From the IMG/VR virus record IMGVR_UViG_3300037194_000008, positions 1 to 55,084 of that record: a stretch of 55,084 bases of DNA; one strand, 5' to 3'. Source of the stretch: a virus. Taxonomy: Duplodnaviria > Caudoviricetes. The first letter of the stretch is position 1; every line of letters begins with the position of its first letter. A program made the translations under genes and the position numbers. Positions 44,264 through 53,730 of the stretch are shown here, in pieces. Below the pieces are notes generated by a model. That model had not been told where the DNA came from and ran no database searches. It saw only the letters and a list, made by a program, of their open reading frames with translations.

Positions 44264-45240
44264 GTCTCGTCCTCATCCCACTTGCGGAGCGTCGCGCCCT
44301 CTGGCCGGCGCATCGGCTGGATGTCCGTGCTGGCGTTGGAGAACCTGCTGGTGTTGGTCCGGGTCTTGCGCTCGCCCTGACCCTTCCAGTTGCGCAGGCC
44401 CTCGGACACACCGGGGTTCTTGTACGTGACGCCGGCCCAGTTCGCGGACTGCAGGAAGTACCGGTCACCGGCCTTGATGTAGTCCTCCTGCCGGTCCTCG
44501 TACTTGTCCTTCTCGACCTGCTCGTTGGCCAGGCCGTAGAGCTCAGCCTGCTGGGCCGAGATGTTGCCCATCTGGGTGTACGCCTCGGCCATGCGGTTGG
44601 CATAGTCCGTGTAGGCCGCATCCCGGTCGGAGTTCGCCTTGATCACGGCGTTGATCCGAGCGGTGCGGGTGTCCACGTTCAGGTCGGTCTGCGACTGGTT
44701 GATCGTCCGGAGCGTGTCGAACAGCGAGCGGTTCACTTCGTTCTGATTGGCGTTCCAGTTGCGGGTCGCCATCAGTCCGGCCTTGAGCACGTCGCTCTCG
44801 CCGGCGCCATTCATGAACGCCTGCTGCAGCGCAGCCGTCCGCTCCCGGCCACGGTTGGTCTTGTTCATGAAGGACTGGTCGCCAGCCTCCTTGGAGTTGT
44901 CCTCAGCCGCAGCTGAGAGCGACGCCGTGCGCTCCTTGTAGCCGGTGACGAGATCGGCATCGGTCTGCTGGAGGTTGAGCTTGATGTTGGCGAACCGCTG
45001 CGTGAGCGCCTGCTTGAACTTGGTGTTGATCGCCAGGGCTTGTGCAGTCAGCTGCCCCTGGAGGCTCTTCGCCTGGTTCTCGTACCGCTCAGCTGCCTTC
45101 TTGGCCAGCTTCTTGGCTTCGGCCGCGGGATCGTACGACGAACCACCGCCGCCTCCACCGCCGCCGCCTCCACCGCCGCCCCCGGAGCCGCCGTCGTCGT
45201 CATCGCCGTCATCGCCGTCGTTGTTGTGTCGAGAGACCAT
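44260..45240 (-). CDS. Probable internal virion (ejection) protein
   Basis: ATG 45240 after GAAAGGGAG; poly-Gly then long Ala/Gln/Asn-rich helices. Confidence 0.55.
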   Translation of the reverse strand: MVSRHNNDGDDGDDDDGGSGGGGGGGGGGGGGGSSYDPAAEAKKLAKKAAERYENQAKSLQGQLTAQALAINTKFKQALTQRFANIKLNLQQTDADLVTGYKERTASLSAAAEDNSKEAGDQSFMNKTNRGRERTAALQQAFMNGAGESDVLKAGLMATRNWNANQNEVNRSLFDTLRTINQSQTDLNVDTRTARINAVIKANSDRDAAYTDYANRMAEAYTQMGNISAQQAELYGLANEQVEKDKYEDRQEDYIKAGDRYFLQSANWAGVTYKNPGVSEGLRNWKGQGERKTRTNTSRFSNASTDIQPMRRPEGATLRKWDEDET

Positions 45241-45241
45241 G

Positions 45242-46564
45242 TCACTCTCCCTTCTTTCCTTCGATCCCGAAGAGCTTGCGGAACTCATCCGGGGTCTTCC
45301 ACGTCACGTCGGCGTTCGGGCTGAGCTCGATGTCCATGCGTTCGGTGGACTGCAACACAGCCTCGGCGTACTGCTTGATCTTGGAGTAGTCTGCCGGATC
45401 GTTCTTGAGGATGGCCAGCATCTGGTCGGCATTGGCCGCCTCGCCACCGGTCATCAGGAGGAACTCGTCCTCGGTGGCGTCGGGCCGCGCCAGCAGATCC
45501 ACGATCTGCCGCACCTGCGCATCCTCGTTGCTCTGACCCATGCCAGCCGTGTCCAGTCCTTCGGCCCGGGCCAGCATGTTCACGCGATCCACGTTCGGAA
45601 TGAGGCTCTCGCCGACCGGCGTGCCTGGCGAAGGAGCGATGGACGACTCCGGGCTGATCAACTGCTGCAGCCTGCTGCGGTCAGCCAGCGGGGTGTACTC
45701 CCGTCCTGGCTGCACCAGTGGCAGCTCCTCGTCGTCGACCGTCGACTTGTCGATGTTGAGGAAGGCGTCCAGGTCCTGACCCTTCAGGTCCAGCTTCAGG
45801 TTCTGCAACGCACGCACGGTGTTGGGGGCGTAGCTTTCGGAGCCGCCCTTCTTCCCGAACAGCCGCTGCACCTCAGCCAGGTACTTCTTGCGCTGAGCCG
45901 GCTCGACGTCGGAGACCTGGAGGCTGGCCTTGAGGTCCTTCTCCAGGGGATTGAGGATCGCCGTGTTGAACTCGATGGCTCGCTTCTGCCGAGCAGGGAG
46001 AGCTGCGAACTCCTCGTCCGACATCTCCTCGACCTTCTCGTTGAAGCTGGTGAGGTCATCGGTCTCGATGTCTGAGCCGGGGCGGATACCCAGGAGGTCC
46101 TGCTCCCGCCGGCGCTGTGCAGCTTCCATGTCAGCTGCCGTGTCCTTGGCGACCTTGTCCTGCTGAACGAGCTGCTCGACGAACTGCGACTTCATTGGGT
46201 CTTTGCCGAACCCGGCGATCTTCTTCTCGAGCCGCTTCTTGGCACCGGGCAGGTTCTCCTTGAACCGAGCCTCGCGCTCCTCCTCGACCACCCGCTGGTT
46301 CTCAGCGATGTCAGCCTTCTGCTGATCGAGGAGCCGCTGCTTGTCCTGCTCGTCCTTCCGCCGGTCAGCCTCCGCCTTGCGCTGAGCGTCACGACGTGCG
46401 GTCATCGGATCGAAGTTGCGCGAGCTGGAACGCCGGCGGCTGCCTTCGCTCCGCTCTCGATCACGGTCGCTGGAGTAGCCCTGTCGACGGTTGTCGATGG
46501 AGCGGTCGATGTCGTCGACTACGCGGTCGAGAGCATCCTTGATGTTGTCCAGGAAGTTGGCCAT
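45242..46564 (-). CDS. Probable internal virion protein
   Basis: 440 aa, charged coiled-coil, in structural arm. Confidence 0.55.
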   Translation of the reverse strand: MANFLDNIKDALDRVVDDIDRSIDNRRQGYSSDRDRERSEGSRRRSSSRNFDPMTARRDAQRKAEADRRKDEQDKQRLLDQQKADIAENQRVVEEEREARFKENLPGAKKRLEKKIAGFGKDPMKSQFVEQLVQQDKVAKDTAADMEAAQRRREQDLLGIRPGSDIETDDLTSFNEKVEEMSDEEFAALPARQKRAIEFNTAILNPLEKDLKASLQVSDVEPAQRKKYLAEVQRLFGKKGGSESYAPNTVRALQNLKLDLKGQDLDAFLNIDKSTVDDEELPLVQPGREYTPLADRSRLQQLISPESSIAPSPGTPVGESLIPNVDRVNMLARAEGLDTAGMGQSNEDAQVRQIVDLLARPDATEDEFLLMTGGEAANADQMLAILKNDPADYSKIKQYAEAVLQSTERMDIELSPNADVTWKTPDEFRKLFGIEGKKGE

Positions 46565-46566
46565 GA

Positions 46567-46863
46567 TCAGCTCCAGAGCTCGATCTTGGGTGCGTCTTCC
46601 ACGTTGACCACAGGGTCCTCGATACAGCGGACCAGCGGTTCGACGTCGGTGAGCAGAGTGGCTCCGGTGTCCAGGGGATCGAGGCCCACAGCCACAGCAT
46701 CGAAGTCAGGCCCAGCCACCAGCCATGCCCAGTTCTCGCCCTGTGGCGTGCCGGCAACGTACGTCTCGCCGCCATCGAACGAGGCTTCCCAGGTGCCGAC
46801 CATCTCGGGCAGCACCTCGATCTCGAGGACGTAGTAATCGCGCTCGGTGCGGTGTAGTTGCAT
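46567..46863 (-). CDS. Hypothetical virion protein
   Basis: 98 aa, AAGGAG RBS, coupled to upstream gene. Confidence 0.7.
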   Translation of the reverse strand: MQLHRTERDYYVLEIEVLPEMVGTWEASFDGGETYVAGTPQGENWAWLVAGPDFDAVAVGLDPLDTGATLLTDVEPLVRCIEDPVVNVEDAPKIELWS

Positions 46864-48317
46864 CAGATCTCCTTGACCGAAATGGTACGGGGTACGAGCC
46901 TGATCGTGGTGGTTCTCCGAACCTCTCGCGCGGTGGCTCGGTGCGAGTACGGGACATAGTTGATTCGCGGCGTGTTGGCCCAGGCGGCGGCCAGCGCCGG
47001 CGACAGCAACAGGTCGGCCGACGCCGAGACGACCGGCGTCAGTCCGGAAGCCGTGGCCATGGCCCGCGGAGTCACGACTCGGGCGGTGGCTGCTACCTCC
47101 GGAGCAATGGCCAGGGCGGTGGCCTGAGCCACAGCAGCAGCGATCGAAGCGGTGGCAGAGACCGCCGGCGTCGGGTTCAGTCCGAACGCCGTGGCGGTCG
47201 GTGCGATGACCAAGCCGTTGAGCTCGAAGGTGTAGCCCGCTTCGAGTGCCTCAGCGGTGGCGGTCGCTGTGACCGCATCCACGTTGGCATCGGCGGAGAT
47301 CTCCGGCGCCCAAGCCTGGGCTACCGCCACACCCTGCGGATCGAGAACCTGGGAGTCGGCTACCACGGTGGCGAAGTAGGCCGCGGCTGTAGCCAGGGCG
47401 GTGGGTGCTGCCACCGTCCAGTCGCTGCGGTAGGTCGGCACAGGGGCCAGGGCGGTCGCCTGAGCCGCAGGTGGGAACAAGACTGCACCCCAGCTGAGAT
47501 CGGCGCTCAGAGCCTGTGCAAAGGCCGTGGCGACCGGAACTCCGGTGACGCCGTTCGAGGCCACAGGCGTAGGCACAGGGCTCAGCGCAGAAGCAGCTGC
47601 GGCCGGGGGTAGCGGGTTGGCGCTCCAGGCCAGGTCAGGCACCTTGGCTTCGGCAGAGGCCGAGGCCGCCGGCACGCCCGTCACGGTGGCATTGACCGGA
47701 GTCGGGTTGAGCGTGAACGCCACACCGGCGATGTTGTTGTTGCTGGTGTTCGTCGGGTCCCAAGTCTGGGTTCCGATGGCACCGTTCGGCACAGTCGCGT
47801 GGCCGGCGGCGTAGTTGTACGTCAGCGCGCCACCCAGCTGGCCATCGGCATCTTCAGAGATGCCACTCGGCGGCGTCCAGGTGTTCGCCGCGTTGTTCAT
47901 TTTCTCGACCATCTCGAACAGATACGCCGCGGTGGCGTTCAAGCTCGGGATGTCGACATTGCCTGGATTGGCACCCAGTGCAAGCTGAGAGAACTCTGCG
48001 ATTGGATCGCTGGTATCGACGCCGCCGAAGGCAGCAAGGATCACCGTGGCCATCGCAATTCCGGGAGTGTCCCAGAGATAGGTTGACGGCTCGCTTGCGC
48101 CAGCCACCAGGTAGGACAGACGCTGGTCAGCGCCGATCACACCTGGAACATCCACCCAATCCACAGAGGGGTTGGCAGGAGCGTTGCCCGCCCCGTTGGT
48201 GGTGAGAATCCACGCAACAAGGACGTCGCCCTGGACGGTACCCGCAGGCTTTGCAGGCTGCGGGTTACCGCCCAGGTTTCCCGATCCCGTGGTGACACCA
48301 CGGAGGACGACTGCCAT
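46863..48317 (-). CDS. Minor tail or fibre protein
   Basis: N-terminal beta domain (PAG..QGDVLVA, EPSTY.W) followed by Ala/Thr/Pro repeats (P.A.A.A.A..P). Confidence 0.6.
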   Translation of the reverse strand: MAVVLRGVTTGSGNLGGNPQPAKPAGTVQGDVLVAWILTTNGAGNAPANPSVDWVDVPGVIGADQRLSYLVAGASEPSTYLWDTPGIAMATVILAAFGGVDTSDPIAEFSQLALGANPGNVDIPSLNATAAYLFEMVEKMNNAANTWTPPSGISEDADGQLGGALTYNYAAGHATVPNGAIGTQTWDPTNTSNNNIAGVAFTLNPTPVNATVTGVPAASASAEAKVPDLAWSANPLPPAAAASALSPVPTPVASNGVTGVPVATAFAQALSADLSWGAVLFPPAAQATALAPVPTYRSDWTVAAPTALATAAAYFATVVADSQVLDPQGVAVAQAWAPEISADANVDAVTATATAEALEAGYTFELNGLVIAPTATAFGLNPTPAVSATASIAAAVAQATALAIAPEVAATARVVTPRAMATASGLTPVVSASADLLLSPALAAAWANTPRINYVPYSHRATAREVRRTTTIRLVPRTISVKEI

Positions 48318-48329
48318 GACAGCCGCCGA

Positions 48330-48770
48330 TCAGGACACAGTGATCGTTGCGATGCCCGAAGCGTTGAACGTGATCGAGAACGTGCCGTTCGTCGTCGAGA
48401 CGTCTGCACCGAAGTCGATGAAGACGAGCAGAGGACGGGTGGCGTCGGTGCCCGGGGTGGCGTCGTAGATGACCGCGTAGCGTGCGGTGATCGTTGACGA
48501 GGCCCACGACGGGTCCGTGGCGTCGAGCTTGATCGTGTTCGTGCCGGCGTCATACGTCGCTGCGAACGAAGCAAGCGTCGCACCGCCCGCCGTGTAGCCG
48601 GTGCCCGAGACCTCGTCGGCGACAACGTCGCTGAAGTAGTCGTGGGCATCCTGATCGGGCGTGTGCGTGTTGTCGAGGAGGGCGATCTTGAACGTGTCAG
48701 CGTCCGCCTCGATCTCCTTGTTGAGCATGGCGAGGAAGGCCTTGCCATACCACTTGGCTGTTACGGCCAT
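48330..48770 (-). CDS. Virion structural protein
   Basis: 146 aa, GAAAGG RBS; DTFKIAL, EVSGTGYTAGGATL, ITARYAVIY pattern typical of tail/fibre modules. Confidence 0.7.
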   Translation of the reverse strand: MAVTAKWYGKAFLAMLNKEIEADADTFKIALLDNTHTPDQDAHDYFSDVVADEVSGTGYTAGGATLASFAATYDAGTNTIKLDATDPSWASSTITARYAVIYDATPGTDATRPLLVFIDFGADVSTTNGTFSITFNASGIATITVS

Positions 48771-48817
48771 GGGGTGTTCCTTTCATCTGCGAGGGCAAGT
48801 GCCTTCATGGGGTGATC

Positions 48818-49726
48818 CTACCGACGCTCGATCTCGAGTCCGGTGTAAACGACCTCGGCGTGGCCGGAGCCGTTCGACTTGTTCGCCTGGCTGTAGCAGC
48901 CAAACTTCCAGTAGGCATCGTCGACGACCTTCTTGATGGTGTCGATCTTCTTGCCGTTGATCATGGCGTTGATGCCCATCGGACTGAACGACAGCTCGTA
49001 GTCGATCAAGCTGCCCTTCTTGTAGTTGGTGATGAGCGGGTGCTTGATCGAGCCCTTGTCCTTGCCCTTGGACTCCGAGATGAACAACTCAGAGCCGTAG
49101 CACTGCGCCATGATGATGTCGTCCAGGTCATCGTGAGCCTGGCCGAACACGAGGCTCGGCTTGCCGCCAGGCAGCTCGGTGATGCGGAGCTGGCCGCGCA
49201 TGATGAACAGCCCGGTCTCCGAATCCCACGCAGCCTTCGATCCGTCAGGCTCCAGCTCTCGGCACTCCGACCGCGAGTACGTCGTGTGCGGCGTGGTGGC
49301 GTTGAGCTTGCCGTCGATGTCCACCAGGAACACGACACCATCGCCTTCGGCGTTGGCAAAGAAGCACTCGATGTCCTCGTAGCCGGCCACCAACTTGTCC
49401 GGCATGATCTCCTTGCCATCAGGCCGGGTCAGCTTCCACCGGCTGAAGTCGAGGATGTCGGAGGGCACTTCGCCCCGCGGCTGTGGAGGCCGAGGCGGAT
49501 CAGACTTGAGCTGGCGCATCTGTGTCGGACCGAGGTAGCCGTCAGCTGCCTGGCCGGGCTCAGTGCCTTTGTAGCCACGCGCCAGCTGCCAATCCTGCAC
49601 TCGCTTCCAGAAGCTCTTGCCGTACGCCGGCGGGTGACCCCACAGCGTGAGTCGCCCGTCCAGGTAGACCAGCGCCTCCTGTGAAGCGTTGGGTCCGAAG
49701 TCCTCGTAGGTCCATCCGTTGCTCAT
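48818..49726 (-). CDS. Polysaccharide lyase family 7 (alginate-lyase-like) protein with N-terminal peptidoglycan-binding-like segment
   Basis: WKLT.P, YSRSECRE (RxELR), GQAH (QIH), YWKFGCYSQ (YFKAGxYxQ); N-terminal VQDWQ..RG...ADGYLGP.Q. Confidence 0.75.
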   Translation of the reverse strand: MSNGWTYEDFGPNASQEALVYLDGRLTLWGHPPAYGKSFWKRVQDWQLARGYKGTEPGQAADGYLGPTQMRQLKSDPPRPPQPRGEVPSDILDFSRWKLTRPDGKEIMPDKLVAGYEDIECFFANAEGDGVVFLVDIDGKLNATTPHTTYSRSECRELEPDGSKAAWDSETGLFIMRGQLRITELPGGKPSLVFGQAHDDLDDIIMAQCYGSELFISESKGKDKGSIKHPLITNYKKGSLIDYELSFSPMGINAMINGKKIDTIKKVVDDAYWKFGCYSQANKSNGSGHAEVVYTGLEIERR

Positions 49727-50847
49727 GCTGCGATCACCACCGTTGCCTCGATCCGTCGATGGTCACTCTCGAGCGAGTTCGTCGAGACGTCAACCTCGCC
49801 ACCCGAGATGCGGCCCTTGCGTGTGCGAATGTCACACAGGTCCTGCCGCTTCGGGATGAACTCTCGCGTGCTCTCGTTGGTGATCGACGCCTGCTCCTTG
49901 AAGCCGATGTATCCCGCGGCGCGGATCTCCTTCTTCGGCGAGTAGCTGTCGTCAGGCGCGTTGAAGTCCCCGGCGATGACGGTCTTGTACTGGGTCTTGG
50001 CTTCGAGGCGCACGACCCACCGACCGTATGCAGCCTTGGCCGACGAACCCTCTGCCTTGATCGGAGCATGGCAGTTGAGGAACGAGATGCGGATACCCGT
50101 GGCGATGTCCTCGAGCTCGATCTCCTGTGCCCAGCGGTTGGCGATGCCGGAGTAGTGGTCCCAGTGGTTGAGCAGCCGGAACACGCTCTTGTCGAAGAAG
50201 AACTCCAGGCCTGCACGACCCGGCACGCGGGTGCAGTTCGGCAGAACCGCAGCAACGGTTGCGATCGGTGCCGAGTCGAAGAGCTCCTGGAACATGTAGA
50301 CCTTGGCCTCGCCCTTGATCTCACGCTGGACCTCAGCCGCTCGGTCCTTCCACGGTGTGTACCAGCGGGGACGAGCGATGTTCCAGACGCAGACCGGGAT
50401 CGAGAGCGGCTTCGGGATGGGAGCCGAGGAGGCGGTGGCGCCGTAGACGATCTTCGGGTTGAGGATGTCTCGGCTGTTGTAGCCGCCGCCAGCCTTGCGA
50501 ACCTCCAGGTGCAGGTGCGAGCCTGCCTTGCCGCGCGGCCGGACGTTGCCGGTGTAGCCGGACTCGGCGATGTGCTGGCCCATGACCACGCGCTGGCCGG
50601 GCTTGACCAGCCAGCTCGTCAGGTGGCACAGGTACACGTCGAGCGGCTGTCCGTCGACGGAGACGCGCAGCAGCACGTAGTTGCCGTAGGCGTTGTCCCA
50701 GGCACACCGGATGACGTAGCCGGCCAGGGGCGCGACGACGTTGGTTCCAGCTGGGCAGGGGTAATCGACGCCGGGGTGGTAGCCGAGGCCCCAGTTCCCC
50801 TCGACTCCGTAGCCGGTCTGGATGGTGTAGCCATGAACGGGATGCAT
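49723..50847 (-). CDS. Endolysin: M23 peptidase fused to an EEP (endonuclease/exonuclease/phosphatase) domain
   Basis: ATG 50847; HPGVD, YGN, CHL, SGYTG, HLHLE (M23); then WNI, FQE, NCHA, AGDFN, SDH (EEP). Confidence 0.85.
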   Translation of the reverse strand: MHPVHGYTIQTGYGVEGNWGLGYHPGVDYPCPAGTNVVAPLAGYVIRCAWDNAYGNYVLLRVSVDGQPLDVYLCHLTSWLVKPGQRVVMGQHIAESGYTGNVRPRGKAGSHLHLEVRKAGGGYNSRDILNPKIVYGATASSAPIPKPLSIPVCVWNIARPRWYTPWKDRAAEVQREIKGEAKVYMFQELFDSAPIATVAAVLPNCTRVPGRAGLEFFFDKSVFRLLNHWDHYSGIANRWAQEIELEDIATGIRISFLNCHAPIKAEGSSAKAAYGRWVVRLEAKTQYKTVIAGDFNAPDDSYSPKKEIRAAGYIGFKEQASITNESTREFIPKRQDLCDIRTRKGRISGGEVDVSTNSLESDHRRIEATVVIAA

Positions 50848-51020
50848 TACTTGCCCCGGTACCTGTGGATGCTGGTGTTGGCCGTCGCCAAGCCGGAGCT
50901 GGCGAACAGCAGCACAATCGGCACCCACTCCTGGAAGGAGTCGGGCTGCACGATCAGCACAAACAGCAGCGTGATCAGAAGGAAGGCTCGATAGAGCAAT
51001 CCGCGGGTTGCTTCACTCAT
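50847..51020 (-). CDS. Holin (57 aa, two TM)
   Basis: MSEATRGLLYRAFLLITLLFVLIVQPDSFQEWVPIVLLFASSGLATANTSIHRYRGK; stop overlaps the endolysin start; not in the ORF track. Confidence 0.7.
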   Translation of the reverse strand: MSEATRGLLYRAFLLITLLFVLIVQPDSFQEWVPIVLLFASSGLATANTSIHRYRGK

Positions 51021-51595
51021 CAGTCGTTTCCTCTTCCTTGTCCGCCGGCGTTGTCGCCGTGAGACTTTCCGTCAGATCTTCCACGGTCTCCGTCGCTGTC
51101 TCCACTACGTCCGTTGTCAGATCCTCGATCTCCTCTGTCACTGTCGGAGTTTCCTCGGGCGTCGGGGCCGGAGTTGTTGGTTCCTCCTCCGGATCGTTTA
51201 CGCTCCTGGTTCTGCTGGACCTCACGACGGATTCGAATCTCGCGCTCTTCCGAAGTCTCAAGGCGCACGTTCTCAGGGAGAATGTACTCGTCCGGGACTC
51301 GGTAGCCCTGAGCTCGTAGCCACGCCACGAAGTCCCGGTTGATCTTCACGCTGGTGTCGTACTTGGCCTGCAGGTCTGAGAGCTGGGTCAAGATGACCCT
51401 GCGCTCGGCTCGCGCTTCCTTGCGCTCGACAGCAGCGATGTCTTCCTTGTGGGCCAGCAGGTCCAAGGCTTCGTCGCGCTGCCGGGTGGTGGTGTCCACC
51501 AGGTAGTAGACGGTCATCGCCATGATCATCAAGGTGAATACCAGGATGAACTTCCAGTCGATGAACCGGATGATTCGCATTGCTCGTTCACGCAT
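51020..51595 (-). CDS. Membrane-anchored coiled-coil protein of the lysis cassette
   Basis: ATG 51595 after GAGG; TM FILVFTLMIMAMTVYYLV, coiled coil, G/D/S/R-rich tail. Confidence 0.7.
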   Translation of the reverse strand: MRERAMRIIRFIDWKFILVFTLMIMAMTVYYLVDTTTRQRDEALDLLAHKEDIAAVERKEARAERRVILTQLSDLQAKYDTSVKINRDFVAWLRAQGYRVPDEYILPENVRLETSEEREIRIRREVQQNQERKRSGGGTNNSGPDARGNSDSDRGDRGSDNGRSGDSDGDRGRSDGKSHGDNAGGQGRGND

Positions 51596-51600
51596 GTGGG

Positions 51601-51891
51601 TCACCTCTGCCAGAGATAGCCAGCGAGCGGGGCGATGATCGCCGCGCTGATGAGTGCACGTACGACCCACGAGACAACTCCCTCAAGCTTCTCGATGGAC
51701 CGATCTTGTCGTGCATCGTTGAACGCCTCGGCACGCTGGTTCGCTTCGTAGAGCCGCAGCGAGACGTACTTGTCTGAGACGTGATCCTTGAATGCTTGGA
51801 GTTCCCGGTCGAGGTCCTTGACCGTGGCCACCAGTCCGTCATGATCGCGTCGTGTCGGGGGAGTGTCGGGCATTGGTTCATCGTCCCTCAT
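51601..51891 (-). CDS. Small membrane protein (lysis-associated)
   Basis: 96 aa, coiled coil plus C-terminal TM. Confidence 0.7.
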   Translation of the reverse strand: MRDDEPMPDTPPTRRDHDGLVATVKDLDRELQAFKDHVSDKYVSLRLYEANQRAEAFNDARQDRSIEKLEGVVSWVVRALISAAIIAPLAGYLWQR

Positions 51892-53402
51892 ACCTTGATG
51901 ATGTAGTTGAGCGTCAGGTAGGGCTGAAGGTTGTTGTGGGCCTGACCGGAGCCCTTGGCTCCCGACGACCCGCTGTACGCCGGAATGGTCACGTTGTGCG
52001 CGTGAGCTCCGTCGCTGTCAGTCGAGACCGATGCAGAACCATCCGTGGTGGCCGCGGCCCAAGAGGGATTCTGATGGTTGTTGTGGTCGTGGTCGTTGGC
52101 CTCGGCCTTGAACGTCGTGAAGGCGTGGTTGTGGGCCGGCTCGGTATCCGTAACCGCACCCGAGTGGGTGTGGTTGATGGTGTGCGTGTGGCTCGGCAGC
52201 TCGCCCTCGACCAGGGTGTGGGTCTTGGCACCGCCGGCTTCACCCAGCGCATCGAACTCGGTCTGCGCCCCGTCTCGTCCGACAGGGACTCGGCCCTTGA
52301 GGTTCGGCAGGTTGAACGTGGTGAAGCCGTCACCGATGCCGTACTGCGTGCCGTACACGGCGAACAGGTCGGCGTAGGTGGTGCGCGAGACCGCGCTGCC
52401 GTCTGCCATCAGGAAGCCCGCCGGCGCTGAGCTGCCGCCGTACGGCAGGATCACGCCTGCCGGGAAGGCAGCGGTGGAGAGGAACTCAATCGCTCCCTGA
52501 ACGGTGGTCTCGGGGACTGCCGGAGTCGAAGCGAACGACACAGCCGACGCAGCGTGAGCAGCTGTGGCGTCGGCGATGTGCGCGTCGATCGCAGCCTGCA
52601 CAGCTGAGTCGCCGGCGTTCATCGCTGAGACTCGTGCGATGGCTGAGGAGATGCGGCCGTCCGGCACGGTGCCACTGGTCAGGTTGCTCGCATTCCTGGC
52701 CAGCACAGCCTCGGCCGCCAGGGCGACGTTCGTCGCATAGGAGCCGGTGATCGAGTCGATCTGGTTCTGCAGGACTCCGTCCGCGGCGATGCGCGCGGCG
52801 ACTTCGATGCCGAGATCGTCTGCACCCTCGCCACGGGGAATCCACAGATTGAGCTTCTGCCGCGGCCAGACACCCGTGATGGTGGCCGACGCCTCTTCGG
52901 TCGATGCCACCGTGGTGACGTCACCGATGGTGAGCTCACCAGCATCGAGCGCAGCGATCTCCACCGTGACGCGGTTGTTCTGCTGCATCGTCAGCGTGAT
53001 CGACTGGCTGACCGCCGTGTTGAACACGTTCGACTTGAATGGGCTGACGTTCTCGAGGACGTGGACGTAGCCCTTGAGCACGGCGGCGCTGTAGCCATCG
53101 GCAGTCACGAGCGACACCATGTACGGGTAGTCACCCTCCGGCAGGTCGAGCTCGGCTGCCTGGAGGTTCAGCTGGGCCTGGCCCTCGGCCTCGTCGAGGA
53201 CCTCCAGCTGCTTGTTGATCAGGATGTTGCCACCCCGGTAGGACTCCTGACCCACCGTGAAGGTGATGGTGCAGTCCTCAAGATCGACAGGTCGGGCAGT
53301 CGGGTGATTGCCGCGGACCTTGAAGTAGAACGGGAGCGCGAAGCTCTTACGGGCTTCCAGCGAGATCTGCTGCTGTGCGGCCAGTACGTTGCCGAGCTGC
53401 AT
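51888..53402 (-). CDS. Tail fibre with tail-collar domain
   Basis: PAGVILPYGGSSAPAGFLMADGSAVSRTTYADLF...FNLPNLKGRVPVG, HTH repeats, HNNLQPY..LNYIIK; BppU-like N-terminus. Confidence 0.85.
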   Translation of the reverse strand: MQLGNVLAAQQQISLEARKSFALPFYFKVRGNHPTARPVDLEDCTITFTVGQESYRGGNILINKQLEVLDEAEGQAQLNLQAAELDLPEGDYPYMVSLVTADGYSAAVLKGYVHVLENVSPFKSNVFNTAVSQSITLTMQQNNRVTVEIAALDAGELTIGDVTTVASTEEASATITGVWPRQKLNLWIPRGEGADDLGIEVAARIAADGVLQNQIDSITGSYATNVALAAEAVLARNASNLTSGTVPDGRISSAIARVSAMNAGDSAVQAAIDAHIADATAAHAASAVSFASTPAVPETTVQGAIEFLSTAAFPAGVILPYGGSSAPAGFLMADGSAVSRTTYADLFAVYGTQYGIGDGFTTFNLPNLKGRVPVGRDGAQTEFDALGEAGGAKTHTLVEGELPSHTHTINHTHSGAVTDTEPAHNHAFTTFKAEANDHDHNNHQNPSWAAATTDGSASVSTDSDGAHAHNVTIPAYSGSSGAKGSGQAHNNLQPYLTLNYIIKV

Positions 53403-53472
53403 GTCGCTCTACCTTCCTACTCGTGAGAAACGCCGGGCCAGGACTACCTGACCCGGCGCTCTCGTGATGTCC

Positions 53473-53664
53473 TCAGTACTTCTCGTCCGGCTTGGGCGGA
53501 GCACCCTCACCTGCGGGCGGACCGCCCTCCGGCTTGGGCTCGCCCTCGGGCATTGGCTTCTTCTCGCCTTCGCCCTTTGCGTCTCCGGCTGCACCCTCGA
53601 GTGCATCGACCGCGACACCGGCAAGCTCCTGGATCTGCTTGAGCAGTTCGATGAGCTGTTCCAC
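53473..53664 (-). CDS. Small hypothetical protein
   Basis: 63 aa, GAGGAGG RBS, flanked by hairpins. Confidence 0.7.
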   Translation of the reverse strand: MEQLIELLKQIQELAGVAVDALEGAAGDAKGEGEKKPMPEGEPKPEGGPPAGEGAPPKPDEKY

Positions 53665-53692
53665 GATGACCTCCTCAGGTCTGGTTGGCCAG

Positions 53693-53723
53693 GAGGCGGG
53701 GCTGCTTGTGACAGCCCCGCCTT
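53693..53723 (-). terminator. Stem-loop directly after the capsid gene
   Basis: aggcggggctg-cttgtga-cagccccgcct; no clear U-tract. Confidence 0.5.
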
Positions 53724-53730
53724 ACCTGAC

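Noticed and set aside
45144-45221. GCC/CCG microsatellite-like runs here and at 2570-2650
   Set aside because: They encode in-frame Gly/Asp or Gly/Tyr low-complexity linkers; nothing suggests phase variation.
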